A stretch of DNA of 64,000 nucleotides from Bugula neritina (lineage: Eukaryota > Animalia > Bryozoa): contig OZ037771.1 in NCBI GenBank assembly GCA_964035545.1, forward strand, positions 1,127,628 to 1,191,627, given 5' to 3'. Under the pieces are notes generated by a model that was not told the DNA's origin, did not search any database, and worked only from the letters and a program-made list of their open reading frames with translations. Below, one piece after another: positions 13,969-26,960 of this stretch; within the stretch, counting starts at the first letter, position 1, and every line of letters begins with the position of its first letter. The position numbers were made by a program, and so were the translations under genes.

Positions 13969-16900
13969 ATGAATATGATGTTTCAACTTTGTATGATGGT
14001 TGTTACGTTCCTAGAAATGTGTGGCAGTAGTACAATTGATAAAAATAACAGCCAAGGTACAGTGACTATTTTTAATTTTGAGAATGTTGATCATCCATTA
14101 ATTTTCAATAATTAAAAGACTATAAGTATAAATTTAGTATAGTTATAGCCATAGATCAATCTAAATAGTATAACTAACTTTAAGTGACCAAACTATAACT
14201 ATCAATCTTACCTGCTTGCTAAGTACCGAACATGTCAGGCACCCATGCAGGACGGATCAATCAATTGTTTGATTCTAGTTTCAATTGAGTTGAAGAATTC
14301 TGAACTTAGTTTGAAAATTATACAAAGTAGTATAACTTTACAAAAGATTCTAGAAAAGAAACAATTCTATGAACACTGTAGTTAGGTATAAAACATATTA
14401 TGATGAAGTTTAGGAATGAATGAAGCTGACAAAATAGTACATTGCAACAATCTCTTAGAGATCAATTTCTCATGGAAAGTTCAACTCCAAGTTTTACAAG
14501 AAGAATTATTCTGTATTTTATGAAACCGTTTTAGACACCCTGTTGCTACAAGCACTTTACAATTCAGGTAAAAGCTAACAGTATATTACAATTCAGGTAA
14601 AAGCTAACAGTACTTCTGGTAACAAAAACTAATATAACATTTGCCACTATTTAGAGTTGCCTGAGAACACAAACAGAACCAAGAGATCTGTGATCAAAGC
14701 TGAATCCTTTGACAGAAGTTCTGAATCCAGTTGTAGAATGCACTTGAATACTATTGCAGGCATGTGACCATAGTTACCATATGGTTACCATAGTTACCAT
14801 ATGGTTACCATATCAAATTTATTATGCAATCTATAAACAACTTAGTTATATAATGAATAGATGTGTAGAATCTTAAAGTTAAAAACCCGGAAATGGTAGC
14901 AAAAGTTGCCCATTGTTTGATTCTGGTGACATTATGAGTCTATGAATTTATTACCCAGGATCACAGCGAGAAGGAAGGCAGGTTATCTTCGCCAACAGGG
15001 GAGATCAAGTTATTCTAGGCTGTCCAATATGTGACGAGAATATTCGCTATTCTAAGTGGTATAAAGTTGCAAAGAAGCATGCTATAGAGAAAGGCGTGAG
15101 TTACGCTAACCTCTACGTGAGTATACTTGTTGGCAGAGTTCTATAAGCATAGTGCAATGTAGTGTAGTGTAGTGTATTATATATAGTGCAATGCAGTGTC
15201 CATATAACGTGTTATATACTTTCCAATCACAGCAACATGCTGAAGAACTTGACATAGACACTGATAGGAGGGCGAGTCTGAATGGGCTGCATCTGAACGA
15301 AAACTTTGAACTCGTCATTCAGTCAGTGACCGGCAGCGACGCAGGTAACGGCAGCTAAGCTATTCAACAGAATTTCTTGCTCTGTATGCACATCATTACA
15401 ATGCAAAGTTGATGCAATGCATGTATGTAACAAGTATGTAACATATAATATGTAACATGTATGTAACAAGTATGTAACATATAATATGTAGATAATCTTT
15501 GAGTAGTCAGAAATAATATGCCTTTAGTCTATGTTTTGTACTTCTATAATTTATATTTCTTTGATAATACCTCTATAATACTTTTACCTGCTAATACCTT
15601 TATAATACTTTTACCTGCTAATACTTCTATAATACTTTTACCTGGTAATACCTCTATACTACTTTTACCTGCTAATATCTCTATAATACTTTACCTGCTA
15701 ATACCTCTATAATACTTTACCTGCTAATACCTCTATAATACTTTTACCTGCTAATACCTCTATAATATTTTTACCTGCTAATACCTCTATACTACTTTTA
15801 CCTTCTAGGATTGCTATATCTACAAGCATATAAATAGATAGATAGATACATATTATATAATAGATAATGTAATATATTGTGTTTTATATTCAAACAGGTC
15901 AGTACTTTTGCCAACAATACATACGAAATACGCAAGAAATATATCAACAAGTTCAAGCTTCATGCTTCCCATCAACAAATGCACAGACTTGTAGAGGTGA
16001 GGCTAACTTTTGTATGTCAATCTATGACATTGACTCTGCAGATTGTATTAGAACATGTTACTAAGTTATGCTGTTGTACCACACTAATTATACTACAGAC
16101 AACAATGAGTTAAGTACCAGGTGAGGTATATACATAATATTACTAGTATGGCCAGTGGCTGGTAGAGGTACATTGTGTGGCCAGATAGTAACAACTTGAC
16201 AAACACAAATCAGCAAGTAAATGGTACTATTTTTATAGATTCTCCCTAGAATGATGTAAATTTTGCATCATATTTTGATTTACTGTACACTAGAATGTAG
16301 AATGAACATTCACATCACATATAATATGTCTTCATAATTCATATACCATGCATATGCCTACATAATACTTCTTCATAATATACTAACATGATGTTGCCTC
16401 TCTGATGTCTACTGCAGAAAAGCTCCGTGACTTAGAGCTCAATTTAAGCAAACGCCCTCTCTCCTCCACCAGTCTAAACAGCTTCACTCTGATTTACCTG
16501 CTGGAGGTGTACCTTCCATCACCTGTGGTTGTAAAGGTACGTGCCTGGCTAGTCCGTCACATGACATGTACGTGATATAGGTACTGAACTGTTGTTACTA
16601 ATACTGTCACACTGTCACACTCTGCTGTCACACTCTGCTGTCACACTCTGCTGTCACACTCTGCTGTCACACTCTGCTGTCACACTCTGCTGTCACCCTC
16701 TGCTGTCACACTATGCTGTCACACTCTGCTGCCACACTCTGCTGTCACCCTCTGCTGTCAAACTGTCACTGCTACAGCTACCATTGCCTTCTCTCACGCT
16801 TAGAATTGGTCAGCCATGTTGGAAGGAGACAACACTTTGCTACCAATGTCATGTTTGATGTTGCAGGTGAGTACATACGGTGGTGCGGTACGGCCCCACC

Positions 16901-19900
16901 TGACGGAGCTGCCAGACTACAAGCTGGTGGGATACTCTCATTGGGCTAGCTGGTCTCCCTGTAACTCTAGCTGCAATGCTCCAGGCTACAGAAGAAGACA
17001 CGGTACGAGAGTTGTGCTCTCAGTCTAACTTCCTGTCCTCTATGTTTCCTCTACCCATTCTATTATTAAATATTAGCTGTCATAGTTGTATAAGGTAATG
17101 CTTCCTATTTCTCCCGAAAAAGTTGGCCTCCAACTGTAGACTGGGGTCCATGTGGTAGAGTGAGCCCTCATCAACTTTCTAAAGGTTGGGTTGATGCACT
17201 TTGATCTAGTTTCACTGATATAATATTATACCTGCTATATACTTGGGAAAGTTATGTGCATGTCATAGGAAGGTGTTATGTGCCTGTCTTAGGGAGGTGT
17301 TATGTGAAAAGCTTAGAGAACGAGCAACCGAGGCCACAGATTCTTCGAGACGTGATCGCCATATCTGGGCAGCGTCTGCTGCCGTGTCACAGCACTCTCT
17401 TCCAGTTTGCGAATCCAGTTTTCAGTCTGCCCGAAGAAGAAGAGATATCCAGGTGTGTTCGCGAGTGCAGACTGGAAGGTAAGTCCACTTCAGAGCATGT
17501 GACTGTCACAACTCAGGCTTCACAACTCGAACTTTGAAAGATAATGAAAATTAATTTGCCATCACTGGCAGCTGTAGGCAGATCAACATACTTTTAGCTC
17601 TTCATACAACTAAAAAATGTATCGTTTTTGTTTAAATATCAAATAAATTGAATAATTGGACTATTTAAAAGAAGTTATCTTTAAAAACTATTATAGACTC
17701 TACAATATTAAATTACGTATATATTAGGTCATGAGTTTATAGAGTTGTCTGCCCATATGCAGATGAAATAGCAGCTGTGCATGGGGCACAATAGAAGTTT
17801 GCTAGTCATATTAAGCATTATTATATTTCATACATGTAAACTTGAACAAAACCTCACGCTATGAGAATCATTACCTGGTCTGTGCAGCCTCCACCCTACC
17901 TTCAACTACTGAGAGGTTTGAAGTATTTGGGGCTACAACAGAGAGTATCCTTATCAAGCACACACTCTACCCTAAGGTTGGAGCCAGGCTGGTCTTGAGG
18001 TGTTACGGAGCCCAACTGAACCGCACAGTTAGGTGGTTCAACGGCACTAAACTAATACTGTGAGTACTAGCTAGTACTAAACTAATACTGTGAGTACTGG
18101 CTAGTACTAAACTGGTACTGTGAGTACTAGCTAGTACTAAACTAATACTGTGAGTACTAGCTAGTACTAAACTAATACTGTGAGTACTAGCTACTACTAA
18201 ACTAATATTGTGAGTACTGGCTAGTACTAAACTAATACTGTGAGTACTGGCTAGTACTAAACTAATACTGTGAGTACTAGCTAGTACTAAACTGGTACTG
18301 TGAGTACTAGCTAGTACTACTACTAAACTAGCACTGCAAAATAAGAATGAAATGTGTTCAATAGATAGCTAAACCTTGATAGCTGAGATCCACAAGCTCT
18401 GCTAAACAGCTGCCATTAGGCATATACTTTTCTTTTAAAAATAGATGAGTATTAGGCAGGTTTTAAGTGCATGTGCTAAGTTGATGTGTGCTAGAACTGT
18501 ACTAGATAAGAGCTAGGTAAATGCGAGTTTTGTTTTGGAATTGATAAAAGCATTTCTTTACAAGTGACTTTTAATATTATCTCTGAAAAATCCAATTTCA
18601 GTATTTTTGTGAACGATGATCAATAAGTAGATCACAAGAAAATTGGTAGTGTAGAACTTTGACACTTTAAATAAGCTTGCATTGTGTCCTTAAAGAATCA
18701 CTACCTACCTGCTTGTTTTAGAGTTGATGTTTTCGGTGAAGATGAGACCAGAAATGCCGAAGACGACGCCGCATCATCAAACCAAACGGCAACCAATACG
18801 AGCAGACGAGTTGAGATCTCTAAGACGGGAGAGCTAATTATTGACCCAGTAACTAACTATGATAACCAAAGATTCGCCTGTTGGGTTGCCAGGAAAAATA
18901 CAGTAGCATACGTTTTAGGTGAGGCGTAGGTGCTATGGCCAAGTTGGCTATAATCCAACACACAATGAACTTCTTTGTGTAGTTATTGTATACTGCCTGT
19001 CCAACTGGTAGTTTCTACAGTTAATAATAGGTCAGCTGGGCTGACTTGAATTTATTTAGATCTAAAGATGACATCATGCAATACTCAACACTTACTTAAA
19101 ATCAAACTGTAACTCCCCTAGCATCTTTGCAATTATTATAAGTACCATTAAACACAACCGCTGCTACCTTCATATTTATGTTTAACAAGCAAGACAAAAC
19201 ACACGGTCCATTGTGTGCTGAATTGATCCATACTACCCCTTTCAATTGTTCAGCCGCATGCATCAGATGCGTAGCAAGCAGAATATATATAAACTTCACT
19301 GAAATTGCGTTTGATTGTGTATAACAGTAAAATTATTGCAGTTCCTAGTGTATTACATTCAATTTTTGCATTTGTTTTTATAAACTGCAGTAAAATTGTT
19401 GCATTTATTAGTGTACTACAGTAATCTTTACCACAGTCAGGAAGAAAAGCTTTTGACTGAATGGGATAGTGTCTGGTAGTGTGAGTTTTAAATCTCTATT
19501 CAGTTTAAAATCTTTGTTATTGCAGACATAGATGGAATAAAAACTATAGAATACGGACAGTATTTGCTCTATGCAAAATACATGCTAATCTTTCAAGGTG
19601 TCTTTTTCCTAGTCTTCTGCATATATTTAATTATCCAACACATTTGGTTTAAAAGGCATCAACCCCAGGTGAGTTTAGCTGTTTTAAATAATTGTGTAAA
19701 GAGCATTGTCTTATAAATTATACAATATTATTGTATATATAAGATAACAGGATATACATAAATTCAGTAATTATGTAAATAAATAATATTCTTAGTTGAA
19801 ACATGGTGCCCTAGAGGTTCAGGCACACTGCTTACTTGTTTTGGGGGTATTGAGTTGTATTTATTTAGTAGTAATACCATGCTTAATAATTTAATTGATA

Positions 19901-20312
19901 AATTTATTAACTATAATTTGTATTTAATAAACCATTACATGAAATATCCAATTGATGTGTCGAACAGACAGACGAAGAGAGAGAAGGAGAGTATTACGCT
20001 GTGGACTATGAGAAGTATGGGTACTATACTGATGACTATTACGCCCAGGATTACTACTACAACGGGAACTACTACGACTACAGTGATGGGCAGTACGAGG
20101 GAGACAACTACTATAACACCGACTACGCGTACAGCTATGATGACTCAGCTGCAGAAGAGAGGAAGAGGAAACTGGCTGCTCCGGGCAGACGAATCCCGAC
20201 TTTGCTGAGATATGAGAGACTTGTGTTGGGCGAGAACAGCAACCCAACCAAGTTGAGTGAAACACCTCTGAAAACCAAAATAAAGGTTAAAAGTAAAGCA
20301 AAGAATAGCTAA
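13969..20312 (+). CDS. FAM187A-like type I membrane protein (signal peptide, Ig domain, TSP1-like Cys module, second Ig domain, TM helix, Tyr/Asp-rich tail)
   Basis: Exons 13969-14056 (signal peptide), 14535-14567, 14655-14759 (RTKR), 14959-15095 (VILGCPIC...W), 15233-15344, 15898-15996 (DAGQYFC across the junction), 16418-16536, 16867-17002 (WASWSPCNSSCNAPGYRRR), 17293-17478 (GRCY...C...C...C), 17888-18059 (LVLRCYGA...VRW), 18722-18918 (LIIDPV...D...FACW), 19526-19668 (TM), 19968-20312. Domain order and Cys/Trp pattern match what I recall of FAM187A. The first three exons are less certain. Confidence 0.78.
15565..15803. repeat. 27-bp minisatellite, ~9 copies
   Basis: Unit TAATACCTCTATAATACTTTTACCTGC. 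Confidence 0.93.
16604..16762. repeat. 13-bp minisatellite
   Basis: Unit CTGTCACACTCTG. Confidence 0.92.
18046..18330. repeat. 30-bp minisatellite, ~9 copies, beginning inside an exon
   Basis: Unit ACTAAACTAATACTGTGAGTACTAGCTAGT; the first copy spans the exon/intron boundary at 18059/18060. Confidence 0.96.
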
Positions 20313-21700
20313 TAGGCCTGAAGCTTAGCCTGGGGTGCAGCCCGAGGTATAGATAAAGACCTGAGATGTAGTCTGAGGCACAGACCCGCATGAGGTGTGG
20401 CCTGAGATGTTATAGACCTGTGGTAAAGATACACCTTTCAAGATAATCAAAATAAACATGGCCTATATTAGACACACAACTATAGTATTCTTAGAGGTAG
20501 TTGTGTTTATAATTTTATATGATTGACTATAATATAATACATTCCATCATACATCTACTCTGTCAGTTTATGAAATATATGTTATGATGAAATAAAGATT
20601 TATTCTACATAATGTAACACAACTACTATGTAGAAAATAATTCAAATAAGTACAGCACAAAGTTTGATGTTTATTAAAGCATTCAACCATTGGTGGAAAG
20701 ATCTTCTACATGTATATACAATAATTTTAATAAAGTTTAAAGAAACGTATAGCATTTTTCTAACATTTAGTATTGTATTGATTGCATTTTTCAACAATCT
20801 AACATTTTGATTAAAAAATATGTACAAAAAACAAACAGTTTGGTAATTTTAGCACCATTTGTAAAATATATACATATACAAGTAATGATTTAGTCAGTGT
20901 CAAACAACATGAGCTAAAATCTCTGTGTTCCTGATGGATGAGATATATAAAGGTATACTATCGTATGATAATAATGTATTTACATGATGTATTACATAAT
21001 ATATTAGTATATTTACAGATATTTGGTGAGAGTGTAGGTTAATTTTCCTAAAGCTGCCTATTTTCTAACTGTTTGCTTGATGAGAAGTTAATAGAGCTCA
21101 CTAGTCTAGCAGTAAATATCACTTGTTACGCACTAACAGATAATTATTAATTGTTTATAATTAATTCTTTGAATTAAAGCATTAGTTTGTCTCAATTGAG
21201 AAACTCAAATGATAAATTTTCACTAAAAAAGAAAATAAAAAGTCTAAAATATCTCTTTTGGCAGTCAAACCTTCTTGTATACTAAGCGGTGTTCTAGTAA
21301 CTTTTGACTCGTTGCTCTGAAGTAACTAATAAACTTGACTTTCAGCTCAGTAACTTGACCTCACGATAAATTTCTAATCTAGGGGTTTTGTACACCCCCA
21401 CCCCTTCCCAATCACTACTCAGATCCTTGAAACAGGCCTATTGAATGACTCACGATAAAATAAGTCACCAGTCCGCCATTTCCTCTAAACATCGTCTGAA
21501 GTTCCTTTCAACAGCATCTTTTGGAAGTTATCTGTCCCACAATATCTGTGATACCATGCGATGTACCTGTAACATAATAAATATAAATTCATTGAACCAT
21601 TTTGAAAAAAAAGAGAAAAACTTAAAATAACATTTGCAGATCATCATGTAATAAAAGTATAGCCAGATAGCCATAGTACCTGTAGTTGTTTGTGTCCAGT

Positions 21701-24361
21701 CTACAGATCTGGGTGGGTCTTCAGATGCACCGTGTAGCTACTCTTGTACATTGTATTAAAAAGACATTTTGAGCAAACATACATCTGCCTCCCTCTGGAA
21801 TGTAGACGGATGTGTTTAGGCATGCTGCTTGGATTGGCTGATCGGAATGGACATATCGGACATTGGTAAGGCTTTTCTCCAGTGTGACTTCTCAGGTGTA
21901 TCTTGAAGTTGTCTGCTCGTACAACCTGAACATACCGGTGCCGGCTCATATAGGTATAGACACCTCAAGTGATTGTATTTGTTAAATAGCAAATGAGTTT
22001 GTACCACAAGTTTACATTTAACCCAAAAAATCTTTAAATTGAAGTCAATTCCAAGTTTTTAATTATCATGATTGATATTGTGCGCTGTAAATGTATAAAT
22101 TATAAGAGATGTCAAACCTTTGAGCATACGTGGCATTTGATTGGTCGCTTGGAAGGAAATATGGAAATGACATCATCTGGCGTGCATGCATTTACACCTT
22201 TAGACGAATACCCAGCTTTACTTTTGCTTCCTTTAAAGCAGTGACTTGTATCTCTGTGTTTTATTTGTTTCTATCCAATTGAACCAAAAGTACAACAAGT
22301 TTACTAATCCTTCTACATATCTAATCTATGAAACTTACACATCATATGGTACACTATCCGAACTGTAGTAGTATACATATTATATGGTACACTATCCTAA
22401 CTGTAGTAGTATACATATTATATGGTACACTATCCTAACTGTAGTAGTATACATATTATCTGGTACACTATCCTAACTGTAGTAGTATACATATTATATG
22501 GTACACTATCCAAACTGTAGTAGTATACATATTATATGGTACACTATCCTAACTGTAGTAGTATACATATTATATGGTACACTATCCTAACTGTAATAGT
22601 ATACACATCATATGGTACACTATCCAAACTGTAGTAGTATACATATTATATGGTACACTATCCTAACTGTAGTAGTATACATATTATATGGTACACTATC
22701 CAAACTGTAGTAGTATACATATTATATGGTACACTATCCTAACTGTAGTAGTATACATATTATATGGCACACTATCCAAACTGTAGTAGTATACATATCA
22801 TATGGTACACTATCCTAACTGTAGTAGTATACATATTATATGGTACACTATCCAAACTGTAGTAGTATACATATTATATGGTACACTATCCTAACTGTAG
22901 TAGTATACATATTATATGGTACACTATCCAAACTGTAGTAGTATACAGATTAGACCTAAAAGCGTGACTTAGTGTATACAACGTACCTTTAGATTGGGAG
23001 ATGTTTGCTGTAAGATTATAGGTCTAGTAGAGAGATTCAGAGGTGCTGCCTGAGAGGTGCATTCGCTGCTGACAAGAAAAATAATGTAAACAAGTATGCT
23101 TGGGTTGTGGAGGATGCGAATATTGTTCTGTAATAAACATATAGACAGCTCTGTTATTATATTATTATTATATTATTAATCATATTATTGTATTATTATA
23201 TTATTAAATTCTTATATTGCCTATAGTGCTACTGTATTAATATATTATTATAGTATTCTTCTATCATATTATTGTATTATTATATTATTGTATTATATTG
23301 TTATTTTATCCTAGAATTACAATACAACTTTTACTCACTTGTCTATAGCGTAGGTGTAAGCCTGTCTCTTGACTCTCTCTATGCTATGTACAGAGTCGAT
23401 GTGTGACTGTCAACAGAATAGATGGAGATATGAGTACTAAAGCACCTTCTGCGTCTGCTTGTATTATACTCATAGTTACTTGAGCTCTAGTCTTGTTATT
23501 TAAACAAACAGTTATCATAATTGAGAAGAAGCAGCAACACAGCTTAGTGTAGTAGTAGTAGTGCTCACCTCTGGGTCTGTCTCAGAGACCAGGCTGCTCT
23601 TTAGTGACAAATCAATGGCCGCCATATTGGGTAGGAGAGAGTTACAATCGTCATCTGACACACTTTTCACTCTCACCTGCATTGAGTGAAAGAAACACCC
23701 AACTTGGTTTTGTAAGATTTATAATAAAATCACCTTGGAAAATACGTAAGCACTTAAAAATTATACTTTATACATAATAAAACATGCAATTATATATTAT
23801 ATAATATATGAAATTTATAAATTATACAGTTATATATTATACAATTGTGTAATATACATTTAGAAATTATACATACAATTACACAATCTGCCTCATACAA
23901 GTATACTCTGTAGAAGTTTTATTGGAAGTGACTGTAGAGATTACAGATGACGCTGTGATTTTATTTCACCAGCTCCTTACCTACCGAAGAATTGAAGGAT
24001 ATTGGTTCGGTAGACGCTGCAACAGGAGATGGAATAAATGACGTGATAGGTAAGCTATGCTGGTGGACAGTTTGGTGAGGAGGAAATGAGTCAGAAGCAT
24101 ACGTTGAGTTTGCAGACTGGGTCAACGGGGTCAGTAGAACATTTCTCATACAGACCACCAGCTCCTCTACTGCTAGCACAGCACTGACTATAGTCTGTAT
24201 ATGTCTGGTCTGCATTGCCTCTATTAGCAGTATGCTGTCGCTTTCAGCCAATAGTTGTCTTCCACTGATTCCGTCAGCCAACGGCTGTTGTCTACAGTTT
24301 TCATAGCTTATTAGGTGTCTTCCATTCATATCGGCAATGCTTTTGCTTCTGGGTAGGCCAA
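21701..24361 (-). CDS. C2H2 zinc-finger protein with three C-terminal fingers and CtBP-type motifs; 5' end uncertain
   Basis: Exons 24361-23985 (in-frame ATG at 24329), 23676-23569 (AIDLS), 23406-23339, 23068-22987 (PLNLS), 22270-22118, 21925-21701. Fingers: CHVC...HLRSH, a TGEKPY linker, CPIC...HIRLH, CSKC...HLKTH. Confidence 0.82.
22338..22947. repeat. 38-bp minisatellite, ~16 copies (zinc-finger gene intron)
   Basis: Unit TATATGGTACACTATCCTAACTGTAGTAGTATACATAT. Confidence 0.97.
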
Positions 24362-26780
24362 CTAAAAAAACATATAATGGGTTGTTGATCTATAAACAGG
24401 AGCTGCGGTAGAAGAATAAACTTGTTAAAATAAATGTTAGGGGGGGGGGAGGGGGTGAAAGTCTAGGGCGGGTCTTTACTAAAACATTAATTTCATGTCT
24501 TTTTATGGCTCAAACTTTGCATGCTCAAGTGACCAGTTCTAACGATGGTTGGTGATGTCACAAAGTGAACCAATTTCATTGCAAATTAAATAAGAATTTC
24601 ACAGGCATGAATTTATTACATCTCCAGTCAAAGTGTTACTGTAAATAATGGCCAGCAGACTGCTTTGCTGGTGGTGAGAGAGAGGTAACACTGTCATATA
24701 ATCATACTCTGATGGCTTGTCATCTGCATATAGAAATAACTCATCCAGGCAAACCGCATGTCAAGAAATAGCTGCAGTAGCTCACTGATGATGCAAACAA
24801 ATTCCTATCATCTATTAATATTCCAGAAGAAAACCTAGGATTGGAAATTAATTTGCATAAATGTCAGTGAGAGAATAATATGTGGTATAAAACAGATTGC
24901 TAAAATTGGTTTGACAGGGAGGGGGTTTGAGTTGACAGGTCCATATGTTTCAAGACAAATGACACCATAGCCCCAGTGTATAGTATCATATTGGATATAT
25001 AGTGCAACTATACATTGCTTATATAATACAAATGTCTATAGTTGTTCTACATATCTCGTATTATGGAGGACTTATTTTATATACTTTATCATTAACGTAA
25101 ATTCTGCCCATTTAAAACTTTGTATTAGCCAAATTGGTTTGGCTGTTATATGTCATCACCATTATAGAAATACTCCACAGCAATGCATTTTTAATCCACA
25201 TGCTGTTTTGTGATGCAGACTAAATAGTGGAGTTTACCATGGCAACAACCTTATCGCCTACGGTTACTTGACTCCATATTCTTTACACTTAAATGAAGCA
25301 CAGAGTTGTGGTGAATAAATGACTGCAGATTAATTATACTACACTGAGCTACTTAATTATGCTACCAGAGGACAGCCTATCGGTTGTCACGTGGTCACTG
25401 GGCAAGGGCTGAGCACAGGCTGTCAGTGAGGGCACGTATGAGAAGTAGAGCATGGTATGAAAGTAGGACATTCTAGGTTTAGTAAGTATCACTCACTGCT
25501 GGAACCAGTTTTGTGATGTATATATGTGATATAAGGTATATACTGAGTCACACCAGCATTATATATATATTATATAGCAATGTATAGAGTGTTCAGTCCA
25601 AATATGAAACAATACACTGTTATTATTAGATGTGCTCCCAAACTGAAGTTTGAATTGACTTTTAAATATTAATATCTGAAATTTAGACTAGAATTTTTGT
25701 ACATCAGTTTAGGTTTTGGGCAACAGTTGACCTCCGAACCTTCAACTAATCAGTTTTTTAATAAATAATGTATGATGTTTTGTAGTATATAGTATGTCTA
25801 GCAGTTGTACTGCACCTAGTATGGAGCAGTGTAGACAGTGTAGATATCAAGACATTTAGATAAAAGGTCAAGCCTTGCAAACAATAGTTCCAGTTCTGCC
25901 AGCTGCAGACCTAAGTTGGGGGAGTGCCTTAGACCCACCACCATCTAGTGTCTGGAGCACAGTCTACAGGACAGTCACCATGCCAATTGACCTGGAAATA
26001 GCAACAGCACGGCTGGTTGGAATAACTAAAGTAGAATTCAAGCTCATTGGCATTAAATCCAAGATTAGCATGGGCAATAAATCATCCAGTGCCAAGAAAT
26101 AACTCCACGTTAAGGTTCACTGGTCTCAATCCAACTACGATAAATTTTAATACATTATTTCATAGAACAATTTATTTCAGTTTGTCGGACCCCTCCCTCC
26201 CTCCCTCCCTCTTATCCAGAGGATTGCCAGCTAGACAACCAATCATATTTAACAGTCTCTGACACATTGTGATAAATGGTATAGGTTTAAGGACTAAAAT
26301 TGAAGGCAAGGCTGTTTAAAACTAGAAAATATTTTAGCTTACATAAGTTGGCACATGTAGCACATGCGCACTGCAGTACACTTGATGCTGGCACTTGGTA
26401 TTGTTAGTACAAGTGCTTAGATTCGAACTGCCAACTGCAGTACGTCTTTCTCCTTCATCAGCTGATACAGTTCTAAAGATATATTTATAAGCACTACATC
26501 AACACAGCAGATTACCTTAGCTTTGTGTGCTGCACCATACCTATGCCAACTAGGCAAGTCATGCTGCCTAATAAAAGTAGCAGTTTGTGTATTTTTTCAA
26601 TTACTCCTTCCTCAAGAACTTAAGGCAGCTTTGTTACAACATGACATATTTACATAATGCTGTGTTAACAATTCTCAGGAAATGAAAGTGGGTAGCTATG
26701 GCTATACCATTGCAAAATTATCTCAAGCATCAGCTATGTTCAATAAAAAAGTTTTGTTTCTAGAACAGATTATTATTGAA

Positions 26781-26960
26781 GCAGCAGTAGTCTAGAGGTT
26801 AGAGCACTGATTTAGTAACCTCAAGGTCAGCCGTTTCAATCTGAGTAAAGGCCACTGGTGTTACTAGGAAAAACATCCGGTCATAATTGCTCTTGTGCCA
26901 AAATAGAAAACAGGTTATTGCCTGGTTAAAAGACCCTTTCCATCCGGGTTCTCACAGGAA
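26781..26960 (+). mobile_element. tRNA-derived SINE, degenerate copy
   Basis: tRNA-like head (GCAGTAGTCTAGAGGTTAGAGCA, degenerate B box) followed by a body AAAGGCCACTGGTG...AGGAA...CATCCGGTCATAATT...TGTGCCA that is shared with the copy at 31575-31742. Confidence 0.75.
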
